DNA of 63,878 bases, counting the filler, from Acetivibrio sp. (lineage in GTDB: Bacteria; Bacillota; Clostridia; Acetivibrionales; Acetivibrionaceae), in NCBI RefSeq assembly GCF_035371925.1. It is 6 parts of 6 records of this genome, joined end to end, with 100 filler letters (N's around TTAATTAATTAA, not from the genome) between each part and the next. Parts side by side here need not be neighbours in the genome. Positions count along the whole stretch, not along the records: positions 11,709 to 22,925 come from NZ_DAORXT010000090.1; positions 23,026 to 34,201 come from NZ_DAORXT010000091.1; 4 more parts are not named here. One strand, given 5' to 3'. Below, piece after piece: positions 19,099 to 29,560 of the stretch (positions within the stretch are counted from its first letter, which is position 1; each line of letters starts with the position of its first letter). The position numbers and the translations under genes were made by a program. Under the pieces are notes generated by a model. The model had not been told where the DNA came from, searched no databases, and saw nothing but the letters and a program-made list of their open reading frames with translations.

Positions 19099-20400
19099 TT
19101 AGAACTTACGCTTGTCAATAACTCTCTTGGCTTTTCCTTCGCTTCTTTCAATAGTCTTTGGTTCAACAAGCTTCACTGTTGCACTTATTCCAAGGGTCTC
19201 CTCTATAGCCTTTCTTATTTTCTTTTCACTGTCTTCTATCTTCTTAACCTGGTCGGAGAACAGCTGCTGGTTCATTTCCACCCATATTTCCAATACATCC
19301 AGATTATCTATTCTATCCACTATCAACAGATAATGGGGAGCTGTATCTCCAAACTCAAGAAGAACGGATTCAATCTGTGACGGGAATACGTTTACACCTC
19401 TTATTGTAAGCATATCGTCAGTTCTTCCCGATACTTTGCTCATTCTGACAGTAGTTCTTCCGCATTCGCATTTTTCATAATTGAGGGAGGAAATATCCCT
19501 TGTTCTGTATCTTAACAGAGGAATTCCTTCCTTTGTAATTGTTGAGAACACCAGCTCACCTTTTGAGCCTGGAGGGAGCACTTCTTCAGTCACCGGGTCA
19601 ATAATTTCAGGAATAAAATGGTCCTCCTGTACGTGAAGTCCGCACTTGCAGCAACATTCAGTGGAAACTCCGGGTCCGATTATTTCACTTAATCCATAAA
19701 TATCTATGGCCATTATTCCGAGCCTTTCTTCTATCTCTTTTCTCATATTTTCAGACCATTGTTCAGCTCCAAAAACACCAGCTTTGAGCTTCAAGTCTTC
19801 TTTCTTGATTCCGAGCTCTTCCATTTCTTCTGCCATATACAAGGCATATGAAGGGGTACATGCCAAAATAGTAGTACCAAAATCCTTCATTATCTGAATC
19901 TGCCTTTTTGTATTTCCGCCGGAAATGGGTATAACCGATGCTCCAATCCTTTCGGCACCGTAGTGTATTCCCAATCCTCCGGTAAAAAGTCCGTATCCGT
20001 AGGCAACCTGAATAAGAGAGTGCTTATCCGCACCGGCAGAAACCAAGGTTCTTGCCGTGACCTCCGACCAAGTGTCAATGTCTTTTCTTGTGTAACCTAC
20101 TACAGTCTGTTTTCCCGTCGTACCGGAAGAGGCATGAATTCTTACAATTTCACTTAGCGGAGCAGCAAACATTCCATAAGGATATGTATCTCTCAAATCG
20201 TCTTTGTAAGTGAAAGGAAGCTTCTTTAGGTCATCCAAGGTTTTAATATCTCCGGGTTCAATGCCCTTCTTCTGCATTTTTTCTCTATATGCCGGAACAT
20301 TATGGTATATTCTCTTTACAGTTTCAATCAACCTTTCTGTTTGAAGCTTCTCCATCTCTTCTCTTGACATACATTCACATGAAGGATTCCAATACTGCAT
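19099..20400 (-). CDS. paaK: Phenylacetate-CoA ligase family protein
   Basis: [48 protein letters not shown]. Start MQYWNP at 20400 follows AGGGGG (ORF track 20499). Confidence 0.88.
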   Translation of the reverse strand: MQYWNPSCECMSREEMEKLQTERLIETVKRIYHNVPAYREKMQKKGIEPGDIKTLDDLKKLPFTYKDDLRDTYPYGMFAAPLSEIVRIHASSGTTGKQTVVGYTRKDIDTWSEVTARTLVSAGADKHSLIQVAYGYGLFTGGLGIHYGAERIGASVIPISGGNTKRQIQIMKDFGTTILACTPSYALYMAEEMEELGIKKEDLKLKAGVFGAEQWSENMRKEIEERLGIMAIDIYGLSEIIGPGVSTECCCKCGLHVQEDHFIPEIIDPVTEEVLPPGSKGELVFSTITKEGIPLLRYRTRDISSLNYEKCECGRTTVRMSKVSGRTDDMLTIRGVNVFPSQIESVLLEFGDTAPHYLLIVDRIDNLDVLEIWVEMNQQLFSDQVKKIEDSEKKIRKAIEETLGISATVKLVEPKTIERSEGKAKRVIDKRKF

Positions 20401-20495
20401 ATAACTACCCCCTATACACTTTATAAATTTTATGGTAATTGCCTTGGGCATCACGCCCGAAGGTTTTATCAACAGTCCATTGTTATTTGGTTTTA

Positions 20496-21071
20496 TCAAC
20501 CTCTGCTGTAACCTTCTTCAAAAGCTTTTAGGTTTACATCGAGCACTTTTTGAGGAACAACTTCCCTCAAGGACTCAATCCATACTTCTTTATCAATATC
20601 CATTGTCTTTGCCAAAAGCCCTATCAAAACCGTATTAACTGCTTTTATATTTTTGCACTCTTTTGCTATCTTAAGAGCATCCAAGGAAATAACGTTTTTA
20701 TAGTTTTCCCTAAGCACTTCCATTATATTTTCAGGGTATTTTTCTTTTCCTATAATAACGGGCATAGGATTGATTTTTTGCTCATTGACCAAAAGCTTGC
20801 CGTCTTCTTTTAAATAATCTGCCCATCTTAAAGCCTCAAGCATTTCAAAGGCAATAATTATGTCCGCCTCACCTCTTTCAATTATGGGAGAGTAAACCTT
20901 GTCGCCAATCTTTACATAAGTTACGACACTTCCTTCCCTCTGTGACATTCCGTGCACTTCGGAAACTTTAACGTCATAATTTTGCTTGAGTGCAACATTG
21001 CCGATAATCCTGCTTGCAAGCAATGTACCCTGTCCGCCTACTCCAACTATCATTATATTACATTTATCCAT
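20496..21071 (-). CDS. iorB: Indolepyruvate:ferredoxin oxidoreductase beta subunit
   Basis: [19 protein letters not shown]. Confidence 0.92.
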   Translation of the reverse strand: MDKCNIMIVGVGGQGTLLASRIIGNVALKQNYDVKVSEVHGMSQREGSVVTYVKIGDKVYSPIIERGEADIIIAFEMLEALRWADYLKEDGKLLVNEQKINPMPVIIGKEKYPENIMEVLRENYKNVISLDALKIAKECKNIKAVNTVLIGLLAKTMDIDKEVWIESLREVVPQKVLDVNLKAFEEGYSRG

Positions 21072-21073
21072 TA

Positions 21074-22810
21074 TTATTCACCAGCCTTTTCAATTGCATC
21101 AAAGTTACATACTTTCGAACATAATCCGCAGCCCACACATAAAGCATCATTTATTTCTATATGATCCCCCATGTCAACAATGGCAGGACATCCTATTTTC
21201 ATACACATCTTGCACTTTTTACACTTTTCAATAACTATCCTATGCGGACCTTCGAATTTTACATTTTTCAGCAGAGCACACGGTCTTTGAGAAATTATAA
21301 CCGAAGGCTCATCAGCTTCAATTTCTTCCTTTAAGGTCTTTTCAAACTCTTTTAAGTTAAAGGGATCTACAACTTTGACTCTCTCAACACCAACAGCATT
21401 GCAGAGCTTTACAAGGTCCACCTGTTTTGTCGGCTCGCCCTTTATTGTAAAGCCGGTTGTCGGATTATGCTGATGACCTGTCATACCTGTAATGGAGTTG
21501 TCAAGTATTATTACTGTCGAATTTCCTTTATTATAAACCACGTCAACAAGCCCGGTTATTCCCGAATGCACAAATGTGGAATCTCCCAGTATCGCGACAG
21601 TTTTTTTGCCAAACTCCTTGCCCCTTGATTTTTCCATACCGTGAGCAGCGCCGATGCTTGCACCCATGCAAACACAGGTATCCATTGACTGGGTTGGCGG
21701 CAATGCTCCCAATGTGTAACATCCGATATCTCCGCTAACGGTAAGCTTTAGCTTGTTGAGAACATAAAACATTCCCCTGTGCGGACATCCTGGGCACATT
21801 ACAGGAGGTCTTACCGGTGTGCTGATTCCCTCAATCTTCTTTCCACTGCTTAGCTTATTAAATACCTTTTCTCTGATAAGGTTGGCGCTGTATTCACCTA
21901 TAACAGGCAATACATCCTTGCCTATAACCTTAATGCCCAATTTCTTTATATGGTCTTCAAAAAACGGCTCCAATTCTTCTATAACATATAATACTTTTAC
22001 TTTCTCAGAAAACTCTTTGATTAATTTGTCCGGAAGTGGATAAATCATTCCAAGCTTAAGATATGAAACATCGCCGAAGGCTTCCCTTGCATACTGATAT
22101 GCAATTCCGCTGGTTATAACGCCAATATCTGTACTTCCCCATTCAATTCTGTTTAAAGGAGTCGTATTGGAGAATTCGGCTAAAGCTGCCATTCTGTTTT
22201 CTACTGCAACATGCCTTTTGCGTGCCATTGCGGGCATCATGACGTACTTGTCGGGATCCTTTTTATATTCCCTAAGGGCTACCTCTTCCCTTTCTCCGAT
22301 TTCAACAATGCTCTGAGAATGGGATATCCTTGTTGAAAGTCTGAAAATAACAGGAGTGTCAAACTTCTCGCTTATTTCAAAAGCCGCTTTTACATATTCT
22401 TTGCACTCGCTACTATCGGAAGGCTCAACCATAGGTACTTTTGAAGCTTTTGCGTACATTCTGCTGTCTTGCTCATTTTGTGAGCTATGCATTCCCGGGT
22501 CATCCGCAACCATGATGACAAGCCCCGCATTAACTCCCGTATAAGATGCAGTAAACAAAGGATCCGCCGCCACATTAAGCCCTACATGCTTCATTGAACA
22601 AATGGCTCTTCCTCCGGCAATTGCCGAACCTATGGCAACTTCAAGAGCAACCTTTTCATTTGGTGACCATTCGCAATACACTTCGTCGTATTTTGCTATA
22701 TTTTCCGTTATTTCGGTACTTGGCGTCCCAGGATAAGCCGTTGCAACTCTGACTCCTGCCTCATAGGCTCCTCTGGCTACCGCTTCGTTTCCGAGCATCA
22801 ACTTTTTCAT
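21074..22810 (-). CDS. iorA: Indolepyruvate:ferredoxin oxidoreductase alpha subunit
   Basis: GNEAVARGA, YPGTPSTE, MKHVGLNVAAD, CPGCPHR, TPP motif GDSTF.HSG...LDN, C-terminal 2x[4Fe-4S]. Confidence 0.93.
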   Translation of the reverse strand: MKKLMLGNEAVARGAYEAGVRVATAYPGTPSTEITENIAKYDEVYCEWSPNEKVALEVAIGSAIAGGRAICSMKHVGLNVAADPLFTASYTGVNAGLVIMVADDPGMHSSQNEQDSRMYAKASKVPMVEPSDSSECKEYVKAAFEISEKFDTPVIFRLSTRISHSQSIVEIGEREEVALREYKKDPDKYVMMPAMARKRHVAVENRMAALAEFSNTTPLNRIEWGSTDIGVITSGIAYQYAREAFGDVSYLKLGMIYPLPDKLIKEFSEKVKVLYVIEELEPFFEDHIKKLGIKVIGKDVLPVIGEYSANLIREKVFNKLSSGKKIEGISTPVRPPVMCPGCPHRGMFYVLNKLKLTVSGDIGCYTLGALPPTQSMDTCVCMGASIGAAHGMEKSRGKEFGKKTVAILGDSTFVHSGITGLVDVVYNKGNSTVIILDNSITGMTGHQHNPTTGFTIKGEPTKQVDLVKLCNAVGVERVKVVDPFNLKEFEKTLKEEIEADEPSVIISQRPCALLKNVKFEGPHRIVIEKCKKCKMCMKIGCPAIVDMGDHIEINDALCVGCGLCSKVCNFDAIEKAGE

Positions 22811-22925
22811 CAACAATCCCCCATCTAATTTATAAATTATATTTAAATATATTAGAATAATATTATTTCTATCTTATCACATAATACAAGCATATTAAAC
22901 CCTTTTATATTATCTTTTATTGTTT

Positions 22926-23025
22926 NNNNNNNNNNNNNNNNNNNNNNNNNNNNNNNNNNNNNNNNNNNNTTAATTAATTAANNNNNNNNNNNNNNNNNNN
23001 NNNNNNNNNNNNNNNNNNNNNNNNN
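22926..23025. other. Artificial contig linker
   Basis: 44 N + TTAATTAATTAA + 44 N. Confidence 0.98.
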
Positions 23026-23104
23026 TTAAAACAGGGTTCTGTAAGATTTTGTAAGGCAATTAAACTTGCAATTTAAAATACATTAACTTTTATTAAAATT
23101 GTAC

Positions 23105-23133
23105 TTGACATTTTATTTGTCTATTGCTAAAAT
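23105..23133 (+). promoter_or_regulatory. SigA-type promoter of the tRNA cluster
   Basis: TTGACA, 17-nt spacer, TGn-TAAAAT. Confidence 0.8.
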
Positions 23134-23191
23134 AGTAAAGCGTGCTGGACATGATTACTTTAGTTGCAGCACGATGAAAAGTGTTTTATAT

Positions 23192-23268
23192 GGCGGCGTA
23201 GCTCAGTTGGCAAGAGCATACGGTTCATACCCGTAGTGTCGTTGGTTCGAATCCGACCGCCGCTACCA
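23192..23268 (+). tRNA. tRNA-Met (CAT), elongator type
   Basis: Cloverleaf folded by hand; anticodon arm TACGG-TTCATAC-CCGTA; TTCGAAT T-loop; encoded CCA. Confidence 0.95.
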
Positions 23269-23274
23269 TTATGT

Positions 23275-23349
23275 GGCCCATTGGTCAAGCGGTTAAGACA
23301 CCGCCCTTTCACGGCGGTAACAGGGGTTCGAGTCCCCTATGGGTCACCA
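23275..23349 (+). tRNA. tRNA-Glu (TTC)
   Basis: Anticodon arm CCGCC-CTTTCAC-GGCGG; encoded CCA. Confidence 0.96.
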
Positions 23350-23356
23350 TATTTTC

Positions 23357-23432
23357 GGGCGCTTAGCTCAGCTGGGAGAGCATCTGCCTTACAAGCAGGG
23401 GGTCATAGGTTCGAGCCCTATAGTGCCCACCA
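23357..23432 (+). tRNA. tRNA-Val (TAC)
   Basis: Anticodon arm TCTGC-CTTACAA-GCAGG; encoded CCA. Confidence 0.96.
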
Positions 23433-23830
23433 CAACGGTTGTACAGTATTGTACAGCCGTTTTTATTTGGCCTCTTGGAATGAAATGAAAGAGGCAAAAT
23501 CGAAGGGACTCGATGTCCCGAGCTTTTTTTATATGCATTGAAGCGGCCAAAAATTATTAATTAAAAAATATTTATTTTAAAATAAAAAGTTTTTGACGAA
23601 ATGTTACATTATTATCTAGAAAATTTACTTTGATGAAAAGTTTCATTTATATTTCTAAAAGTTTATCTGATGTAATCCTCCGTTGTGTTTTGAGAATAGG
23701 TGTCAAATTAATTTTTAATTCTCTTTACCAAAATCGACATAGATTTTTTGGGCACTATTTTATAATCGGTTCTGCAAGCTACGCAAAAAAGTTTTTCACA
23801 AAAAAATATTTCGTATGGGGGTTACAAAAG

Positions 23831-26221
23831 ATGAAGACGCAGATTGTTCAAAAAAACGATGTTTTGGAAAGGATGTATGGCAAAACAAGAGGAGGAATTT
23901 TATCCGGACTTACAGCTTCAAAAAGCAATATTGTATTCTTTTTGTTAAGTTTCCTTCTCGGAAGAGTATCTTTATTCGGAGGTCTTATGCCTTTCGGCCT
24001 TGCTTTTTATGCAGCGGCAATTACATCTAATGCAAACAGACTTGTAACGGCAGCAGCAGTGGTAATCGGAATGGCAACGGGCGGTGCCCGCAAAGAGCTT
24101 TATACGGCCTTGTCCTTTATGGTTCTTTTCACTGTACTTAGCAAACTATTGAAGAATTCAACGGAAAAAGAAGACCTTAAACATTCTGTAATGGGTCTAA
24201 TATGTGTTGCTGTTCCGCAGATTATACTTGTGGGACTGCAAGGATTTTTAATGTATGATGCTCTAATGAGTTTGTTTAATAGTGTGCTGATATTCTCGAT
24301 GATATACATATTTAGGCGCGCTGTGCCGCTTATAGAAGGAATAAAGAAAAAAAGAGCCTTGACAAACGAAGAAATGATAAGCGTTGCAATGATAGCGGCT
24401 GTTTCCTTGTCGGGGCTGGGAGGAATAAATATTTTCGGTGCATCTCTTTTAAATGTGTTGGGAATTTTTGCAGTACTTCTGTTGACCTTTGGAGCAGGCC
24501 CGGGTGTGGGAGCGGCTGTTGGTGTTATTGTGGGACTGGTAATTAATTTGAGCAGCCCTGCAACACCTGTGGTTATAGGTTCCTATGCCTTTTGCGGTTT
24601 GATGGCCGGTTTGTTTAGAAATCTTGGAAAGACCGGGACTGCCGTGGGCTTTGTACTTGCCAATGCGGTGCTGACTCTATACATAAACGGTTCAACGGAA
24701 GTGCTTATTCATATTAAGGATATAATTCCCGCCGCACTTATGTTTGTGGTTGTTCCTAAAAAAATCATGGAAGAGGTACTGGGCTCCTTTGCTTTAGAGG
24801 CAACAGATTCTAATGACAAGGCCTCTTACAGTCAGCGTTTAAAGGAACTTACGGTGGAAAGGCTCAGTAATTTCGCAAAAGCATTTCAGGAGCTTTCAAA
24901 AACCTTCAGTGAGATATCTCAAACCAAAATGGTTACCAATAAACAGGACATTTCATCCTTATTTGACAGGGTGGCGGACAAGGTGTGCAAGGATTGCAGT
25001 TTGTGCCTTCACTGCTGGGACAGGAATTTTTACAATACATATCAGGTGATGTTTAAAATAGTTGAGAATCTTGAGAGAAAGGGTTGGATTGACGAAAGCG
25101 ATATACCGGATTATTTTATGGAAAGGTGCGAAAGAATAGGGGAGTTTGTAAGACAAGTAAACAGTGTATATGAGTTGTTTAAAGTCGATATGGTATGGAA
25201 GAACAGGGTGGGAGAAAGCCGAGGGCTAATATCTCAGCAACTGGACGGACTGTCGAAGGTTATAGCGAATCTGGCTGTTGAAATTGACAGTGAAGTCAAG
25301 TTCAGAACCGATATGGAGGATGCATTGCTGTCCGAACTTGGGAATAGGGGAATAAAGGCACATGATGTGGTGGTATATGAGAACAAATGGGGAAAATATG
25401 AAGTGACTATTTTTCATAAAGGCTGCGCCGGAGCAAATAAATGTCTTGATTTTATTGAAGAATTGGCATCCTCTGTCATGGGTAAGCGAATGATACGGGA
25501 CAAAAACGAATGTATGCATAATCACAGGACAGGCATATGCAATCTCAAACTGGTGGAGGAAGAGGTTTTTAAGATAACAACAGGTATGGCAAGAAGCTCG
25601 AAATATGAAAATCAAATTTCCGGGGACAGTTATTCCTTTATGAACACCGGTGCGGGAAAATACATTTTGGCTTTGAGCGACGGTATGGGCACGGGACAGG
25701 CGGCATCAAGCCAGAGCAAGGTAGCTATAAGTCTTTTGGAGCAGTTTATGGAAACAGGCTTTGACCAGGATACTGCAATAAAGCTCATAAACTCAATACT
25801 TGTATTAAAGTCCGATGATGACTCTTTTGCGACCATTGACCTTTCGGCTGTAGATCTGTATGACGGAAAAATCGAGTTTGTAAAGATTGGTGCTGCTCCA
25901 ACCTTTATAAAAAGGCAGGACAGGGTGGAAGTTGTAAGAACCGTATCTCTTCCGGCAGGGATACTCAGCAACATAGAAACGGAGCTGGTTTGCAAAAATG
26001 CAGACAACGGAGATTTTATAATCATGGTTACTGATGGAATTGTTGATTCCTTTAAGCTCGAAGAAGGAGGAGAACAGAATTTGATAAAATTCATCGAAGG
26101 CATTGACAGTATAAATCCCCAGGTAATTGCAGACCTTATATTGGCTGAGGCGCATTCGAAGTGTACAAACAAACCTGTGGACGATATGACTGTGCTGGTG
26201 GCAAAAGTATGGAAGCGATAA
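23831..26221 (+). CDS. spoIIE: Stage II sporulation protein E (membrane PP2C phosphatase)
   Basis: Multi-TM N-terminus, C..C..C..CW motif, SGDSY, LSDGMG.G, ATIDL, KIGAAPTF, TDG, DDMTV. Follows tRNA-Met/Glu as in other Firmicutes. ATG 23831 (ORF track 23630). Confidence 0.95.
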   Translation: MKTQIVQKNDVLERMYGKTRGGILSGLTASKSNIVFFLLSFLLGRVSLFGGLMPFGLAFYAAAITSNANRLVTAAAVVIGMATGGARKELYTALSFMVLFTVLSKLLKNSTEKEDLKHSVMGLICVAVPQIILVGLQGFLMYDALMSLFNSVLIFSMIYIFRRAVPLIEGIKKKRALTNEEMISVAMIAAVSLSGLGGINIFGASLLNVLGIFAVLLLTFGAGPGVGAAVGVIVGLVINLSSPATPVVIGSYAFCGLMAGLFRNLGKTGTAVGFVLANAVLTLYINGSTEVLIHIKDIIPAALMFVVVPKKIMEEVLGSFALEATDSNDKASYSQRLKELTVERLSNFAKAFQELSKTFSEISQTKMVTNKQDISSLFDRVADKVCKDCSLCLHCWDRNFYNTYQVMFKIVENLERKGWIDESDIPDYFMERCERIGEFVRQVNSVYELFKVDMVWKNRVGESRGLISQQLDGLSKVIANLAVEIDSEVKFRTDMEDALLSELGNRGIKAHDVVVYENKWGKYEVTIFHKGCAGANKCLDFIEELASSVMGKRMIRDKNECMHNHRTGICNLKLVEEEVFKITTGMARSSKYENQISGDSYSFMNTGAGKYILALSDGMGTGQAASSQSKVAISLLEQFMETGFDQDTAIKLINSILVLKSDDDSFATIDLSAVDLYDGKIEFVKIGAAPTFIKRQDRVEVVRTVSLPAGILSNIETELVCKNADNGDFIIMVTDGIVDSFKLEEGGEQNLIKFIEGIDSINPQVIADLILAEAHSKCTNKPVDDMTVLVAKVWKR

Positions 26222-26294
26222 TCAATATTTTTTAGTATAATTTACACTGATTTGAGAAAGACTATCTCTGAATACATATTTTCGGAGGAGTATT

Positions 26295-26636
26295 ATGGTG
26301 TGTGATGACACAAAAAGAGTAGTTGTAATTCGAAATATAGCATCAAACTTTATTGAAGAGGCCATACTGATTTTAAAAGGCAATCCTGAAGAAAACGGAA
26401 GGAAATTTAAAAAGATTTTATCTAAAGATAGGGAAAAAATGAATGAGCACCTTTTGAAAGAAGCAGAAGAAATAATAAACAATTATATAAAAAGGTATGG
26501 CTCGCAAGTCGATTGCCGCACTGAAATAAAGTTAAAGCCGTGCCGTATGAAATTTCGGCTTCCCAATGTGGTAATAAACATGGCGTTAATTGGCAGTATT
26601 GCCTTGCTGGTTTTTTTGGTCTCAAGATTTTTATGA
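26295..26636 (+). CDS. Hypothetical protein with C-terminal TM helix
   Basis: RBS GGAGGAG; RVVVIRNIASNFIEEAILILK resembles a conserved clostridial hypothetical. Confidence 0.65.
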   Translation: MVCDDTKRVVVIRNIASNFIEEAILILKGNPEENGRKFKKILSKDREKMNEHLLKEAEEIINNYIKRYGSQVDCRTEIKLKPCRMKFRLPNVVINMALIGSIALLVFLVSRFL

Positions 26637-26777
26637 TTTAATGTGAAAATGGTGTATAAAAAATATAATAGTGTAATGACCCGGGTAAGAATTTTGAGCT
26701 TCCAATTTCAGGATTGCTTTTACAGGTGCTGAGTTGTATTATTAAAAAAGAAGAAAAGATTAAGGGGTAGTTTCATT

Positions 26778-27395
26778 GTGCTGAGAAATAATTTATTGGA
26801 TTTGCTTTTGTTTCCAAGGTCGTTTTATAAAAAGATATCGGATAACATTCAGACGCTGTACCCGGGTATTATACTGTTGGGTTTTATTGATGTAGGCTTT
26901 GCCCTCGGCACCGAACTATTTGGGTATTTCTTCGGGAAGACGCAATCGGCGCTGATATTTAATATTTCCCTTACTATTGGTTTTGTTCTTTTGATAGGCC
27001 TTATAGATGTGGTGTTTTTTGCGCTCCCGTTGTTTGATATATTTAAGTTTTTTAGAGTAAAGGAAAGAATAAAGAATTTAAACGGACAGCTAATAAAACT
27101 TATGAAAGTATATGTGGTTTCGCATTTTCCGGTGGTTCCGGTGAATGCTTTTTTCTATTGGCTTGTGCTTGGACCTTATGGCACGGAAACTCTGAGCCTT
27201 GCAGCCTATTTTGTTACATCCGTGATTACGCCGCTGTGGCATTCTGCGATTTTGTCGAGAGGTATAAATGCGATTTACGAGTTTGATGAAAGGCTTAAAA
27301 CTTTGGTATTCTTTATTGCGTACTTATGGACAACCATGCTGGGATATGCTCTGGGATTTATGATAAGCAATTGGTTTTTTACGCTTTATAAGTGA
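26778..27395 (+). CDS. Multi-pass membrane protein (possibly Yip1-like)
   Basis: About five hydrophobic segments; GTG start with RBS GGGG. Confidence 0.6.
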   Translation: MLRNNLLDLLLFPRSFYKKISDNIQTLYPGIILLGFIDVGFALGTELFGYFFGKTQSALIFNISLTIGFVLLIGLIDVVFFALPLFDIFKFFRVKERIKNLNGQLIKLMKVYVVSHFPVVPVNAFFYWLVLGPYGTETLSLAAYFVTSVITPLWHSAILSRGINAIYEFDERLKTLVFFIAYLWTTMLGYALGFMISNWFFTLYK

Positions 27396-27499
27396 TTTTG
27401 ACTGCTGTGGGACAAATTCATTTACATTTTAGTTGTAAATGACAGTTGTAAATAGACTAGAAATATACTATAATACTAAGATGACAGAATCTCATCAAT

Positions 27500-27574
27500 G
27501 TCCCGGTAGTCTAATGGATAAGACGGTGGATTCCGGTTCCACTGATGCGGGTTCGATTCCTGCCCGGGACGCCA
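27500..27574 (+). tRNA. tRNA-Arg (CCG)
   Basis: Acceptor GTCCCGG/CCGGGAC; anticodon arm GTGGA-TTCCGGT-TCCAC; CCA; upstream TTGTAA-17-TATAAT. Confidence 0.93.
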
Positions 27575-27776
27575 AATTCTCTAAAGCCATTAAAATTCAA
27601 AGTTTTAGAGAAGCTTACCCTCGACACAATCCTTAAAATGTGGTAAAATAGTATTAGTAGAAAGTACCCGCTTTGAATATAAGTTAATCGCTGTATTTTT
27701 CAGAATAGCTTACGATGTTGTGCATTTCAACAATGTATATTGGACAATCCAAACCAGAATTCAAGGGGGAGTTCTG

Positions 27777-28208
27777 ATGATTAGTATTCAAAATTTGACG
27801 AACAGCTATTATGGCAATGCCACAACTTGTACGGCTTCTGTCAGCCGTGACAGAATACGGTGGCATGAAGTGGAAGTAACTGACATCTCAACCCGGGGAC
27901 TCAAATTTTACTCATCGAAAGATTTTAATGTCGGAGAGATTTTAAACTATGACCTGCATGTGTACAGTATGCTTACAGCTTTTCAATTTGGAGTAGAGGG
28001 ATGCATTACGGAGAAAGAAACCTTATCTGATGGTTTTAACTACAAAGTTGAATTTTCCAAGCTGGATAAGAATACAAAGATTCAACTGGATGAAATTTTT
28101 AATGCAAATATTGCTGTTAAAAATAAACATTTCTCCGCAAATGACGGGATACATTCCTTTATTTTAAATCCGAGGAACAATTCAAGCAAACATTATTTCT
28201 GCAAATAG
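27777..28208 (+). CDS. PilZ-domain protein
   Basis: VTDISTRGLKF (DxSxxG), YKVEFSKLD...LDEI; ATG 27777 follows AGGGGGA. Confidence 0.7.
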   Translation: MISIQNLTNSYYGNATTCTASVSRDRIRWHEVEVTDISTRGLKFYSSKDFNVGEILNYDLHVYSMLTAFQFGVEGCITEKETLSDGFNYKVEFSKLDKNTKIQLDEIFNANIAVKNKHFSANDGIHSFILNPRNNSSKHYFCK

Positions 28209-28449
28209 CAGGGCGAAATAAGGTTGTGACATAAGGTTGCAATAAATAGTATAAAGAATTTATAATAATTTCCGAAATATTGTGGAGATTTTTATAAGGC
28301 ATATTTATAATAAGATTAATTGAAGATTAAAGCTTTAATCTTTTTTTTTTGCAGTTTTTATGGAATATATTAACGATTTTTATTTGCTTGTTTTTGTCAT
28401 AGGATATTCACAAATTCGCGTTAAAATGTTAAGATAAAGGAGGAAGGAT

Positions 28450-29421
28450 ATGAAAATAGGGAATGTTACCCTTGACAATAATATTTTTCTTGCTCCCATG
28501 GCAGGTATAACCGATATTCCCTTCAGGCTTTTATGTAAGGAACAGGGATGCGGGTTGACATATACAGAGATGGTAAGTGCAAAAGGAATTTACTATAATG
28601 ACGAAAAGACAAAAAGGCTTACCGCAGTAGATGACGAAGAGGGAAAAGTTGCACTTCAGATTTTTGGCTCGGATCCCGATATTATGGCAAAAGTAACGGA
28701 ACGCTTAAATGATTCTGATGCATGTATTATTGATATAAACATGGGATGCCCAACTCCAAAGATAACAAAGAACGGTGACGGATGTGCGTTAATGCTTGAG
28801 CCGGATTTGGTCGGAAAAATAGTTCGGGAGGTTTCAAGAGCATCCGTTAAACCCGTTACGGTTAAGATACGTAAAGGATGGGATGAAAACAGGGTCAACG
28901 CAGTGGAAATAGCCAAGATAGCCGAGGAGAACGGAGCTGCCGCAGTTGCGGTTCACGGAAGGACAAGGGAACAGTTTTACAGCGGAAAGGCGGACTGGAG
29001 CATCATAAGACAGGTTAAAGAATCCGTCAGCATACCTGTAATAGGAAATGGAGATGTTTTTACGCCGGAAGATGCCAAGAAAATGTTTGATGAGACAAAT
29101 TGCGATGCTATAATGATTGGCAGGGGTGCCCAGGGGAATCCGTGGATTTTCAACAGGATAATAAAGTATCTTGAAGGTTCGAAGGACGTATTGGATCCAA
29201 ATATATCGGTAAAAACAAAAGTTGACATAATAAAAAGGCATATGCAAATGCTCGTTGAGCTTAAAGGAGAGCAATGCGGAGTTCGGGAAATGAGAAAGCA
29301 TATTGCCTGGTATGTAAAGGGCATGTACAACTCTTCACGTGTTAAGGAAAAGGTATTTAAAGCAATAACCCAGGATGAAGTTTGTGACATACTTAACGAA
29401 CTTTTGGAATCCAATATGTAA
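28450..29421 (+). CDS. dusB: tRNA-dihydrouridine synthase B
   Basis: LAPMAGITD, IDINMGCP, VTVKIRKG, VHGRTR.Q.YSG.ADW, GNGD, MIGRGAQGNPW. Confidence 0.95.
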   Translation: MKIGNVTLDNNIFLAPMAGITDIPFRLLCKEQGCGLTYTEMVSAKGIYYNDEKTKRLTAVDDEEGKVALQIFGSDPDIMAKVTERLNDSDACIIDINMGCPTPKITKNGDGCALMLEPDLVGKIVREVSRASVKPVTVKIRKGWDENRVNAVEIAKIAEENGAAAVAVHGRTREQFYSGKADWSIIRQVKESVSIPVIGNGDVFTPEDAKKMFDETNCDAIMIGRGAQGNPWIFNRIIKYLEGSKDVLDPNISVKTKVDIIKRHMQMLVELKGEQCGVREMRKHIAWYVKGMYNSSRVKEKVFKAITQDEVCDILNELLESNM

Positions 29422-29560
29422 TAATGCAAAAAAACAGGCTCATAAAATATACTATATTTACAATTTTACAACTTAATTATTTCAAAATATTGATTTTAAA
29501 ATACATGGATGATAATATAATCATATAGGTCATCTTAATAATACTTAAGGAGTAGATAAA

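Noticed and set aside
23164..23541. 125-aa ORF from the track
   Set aside because: Reads straight through three tRNA genes; spurious.
27439..27636. 65-aa ORF from the track
   Set aside because: Overlaps tRNA-Arg and its promoter.
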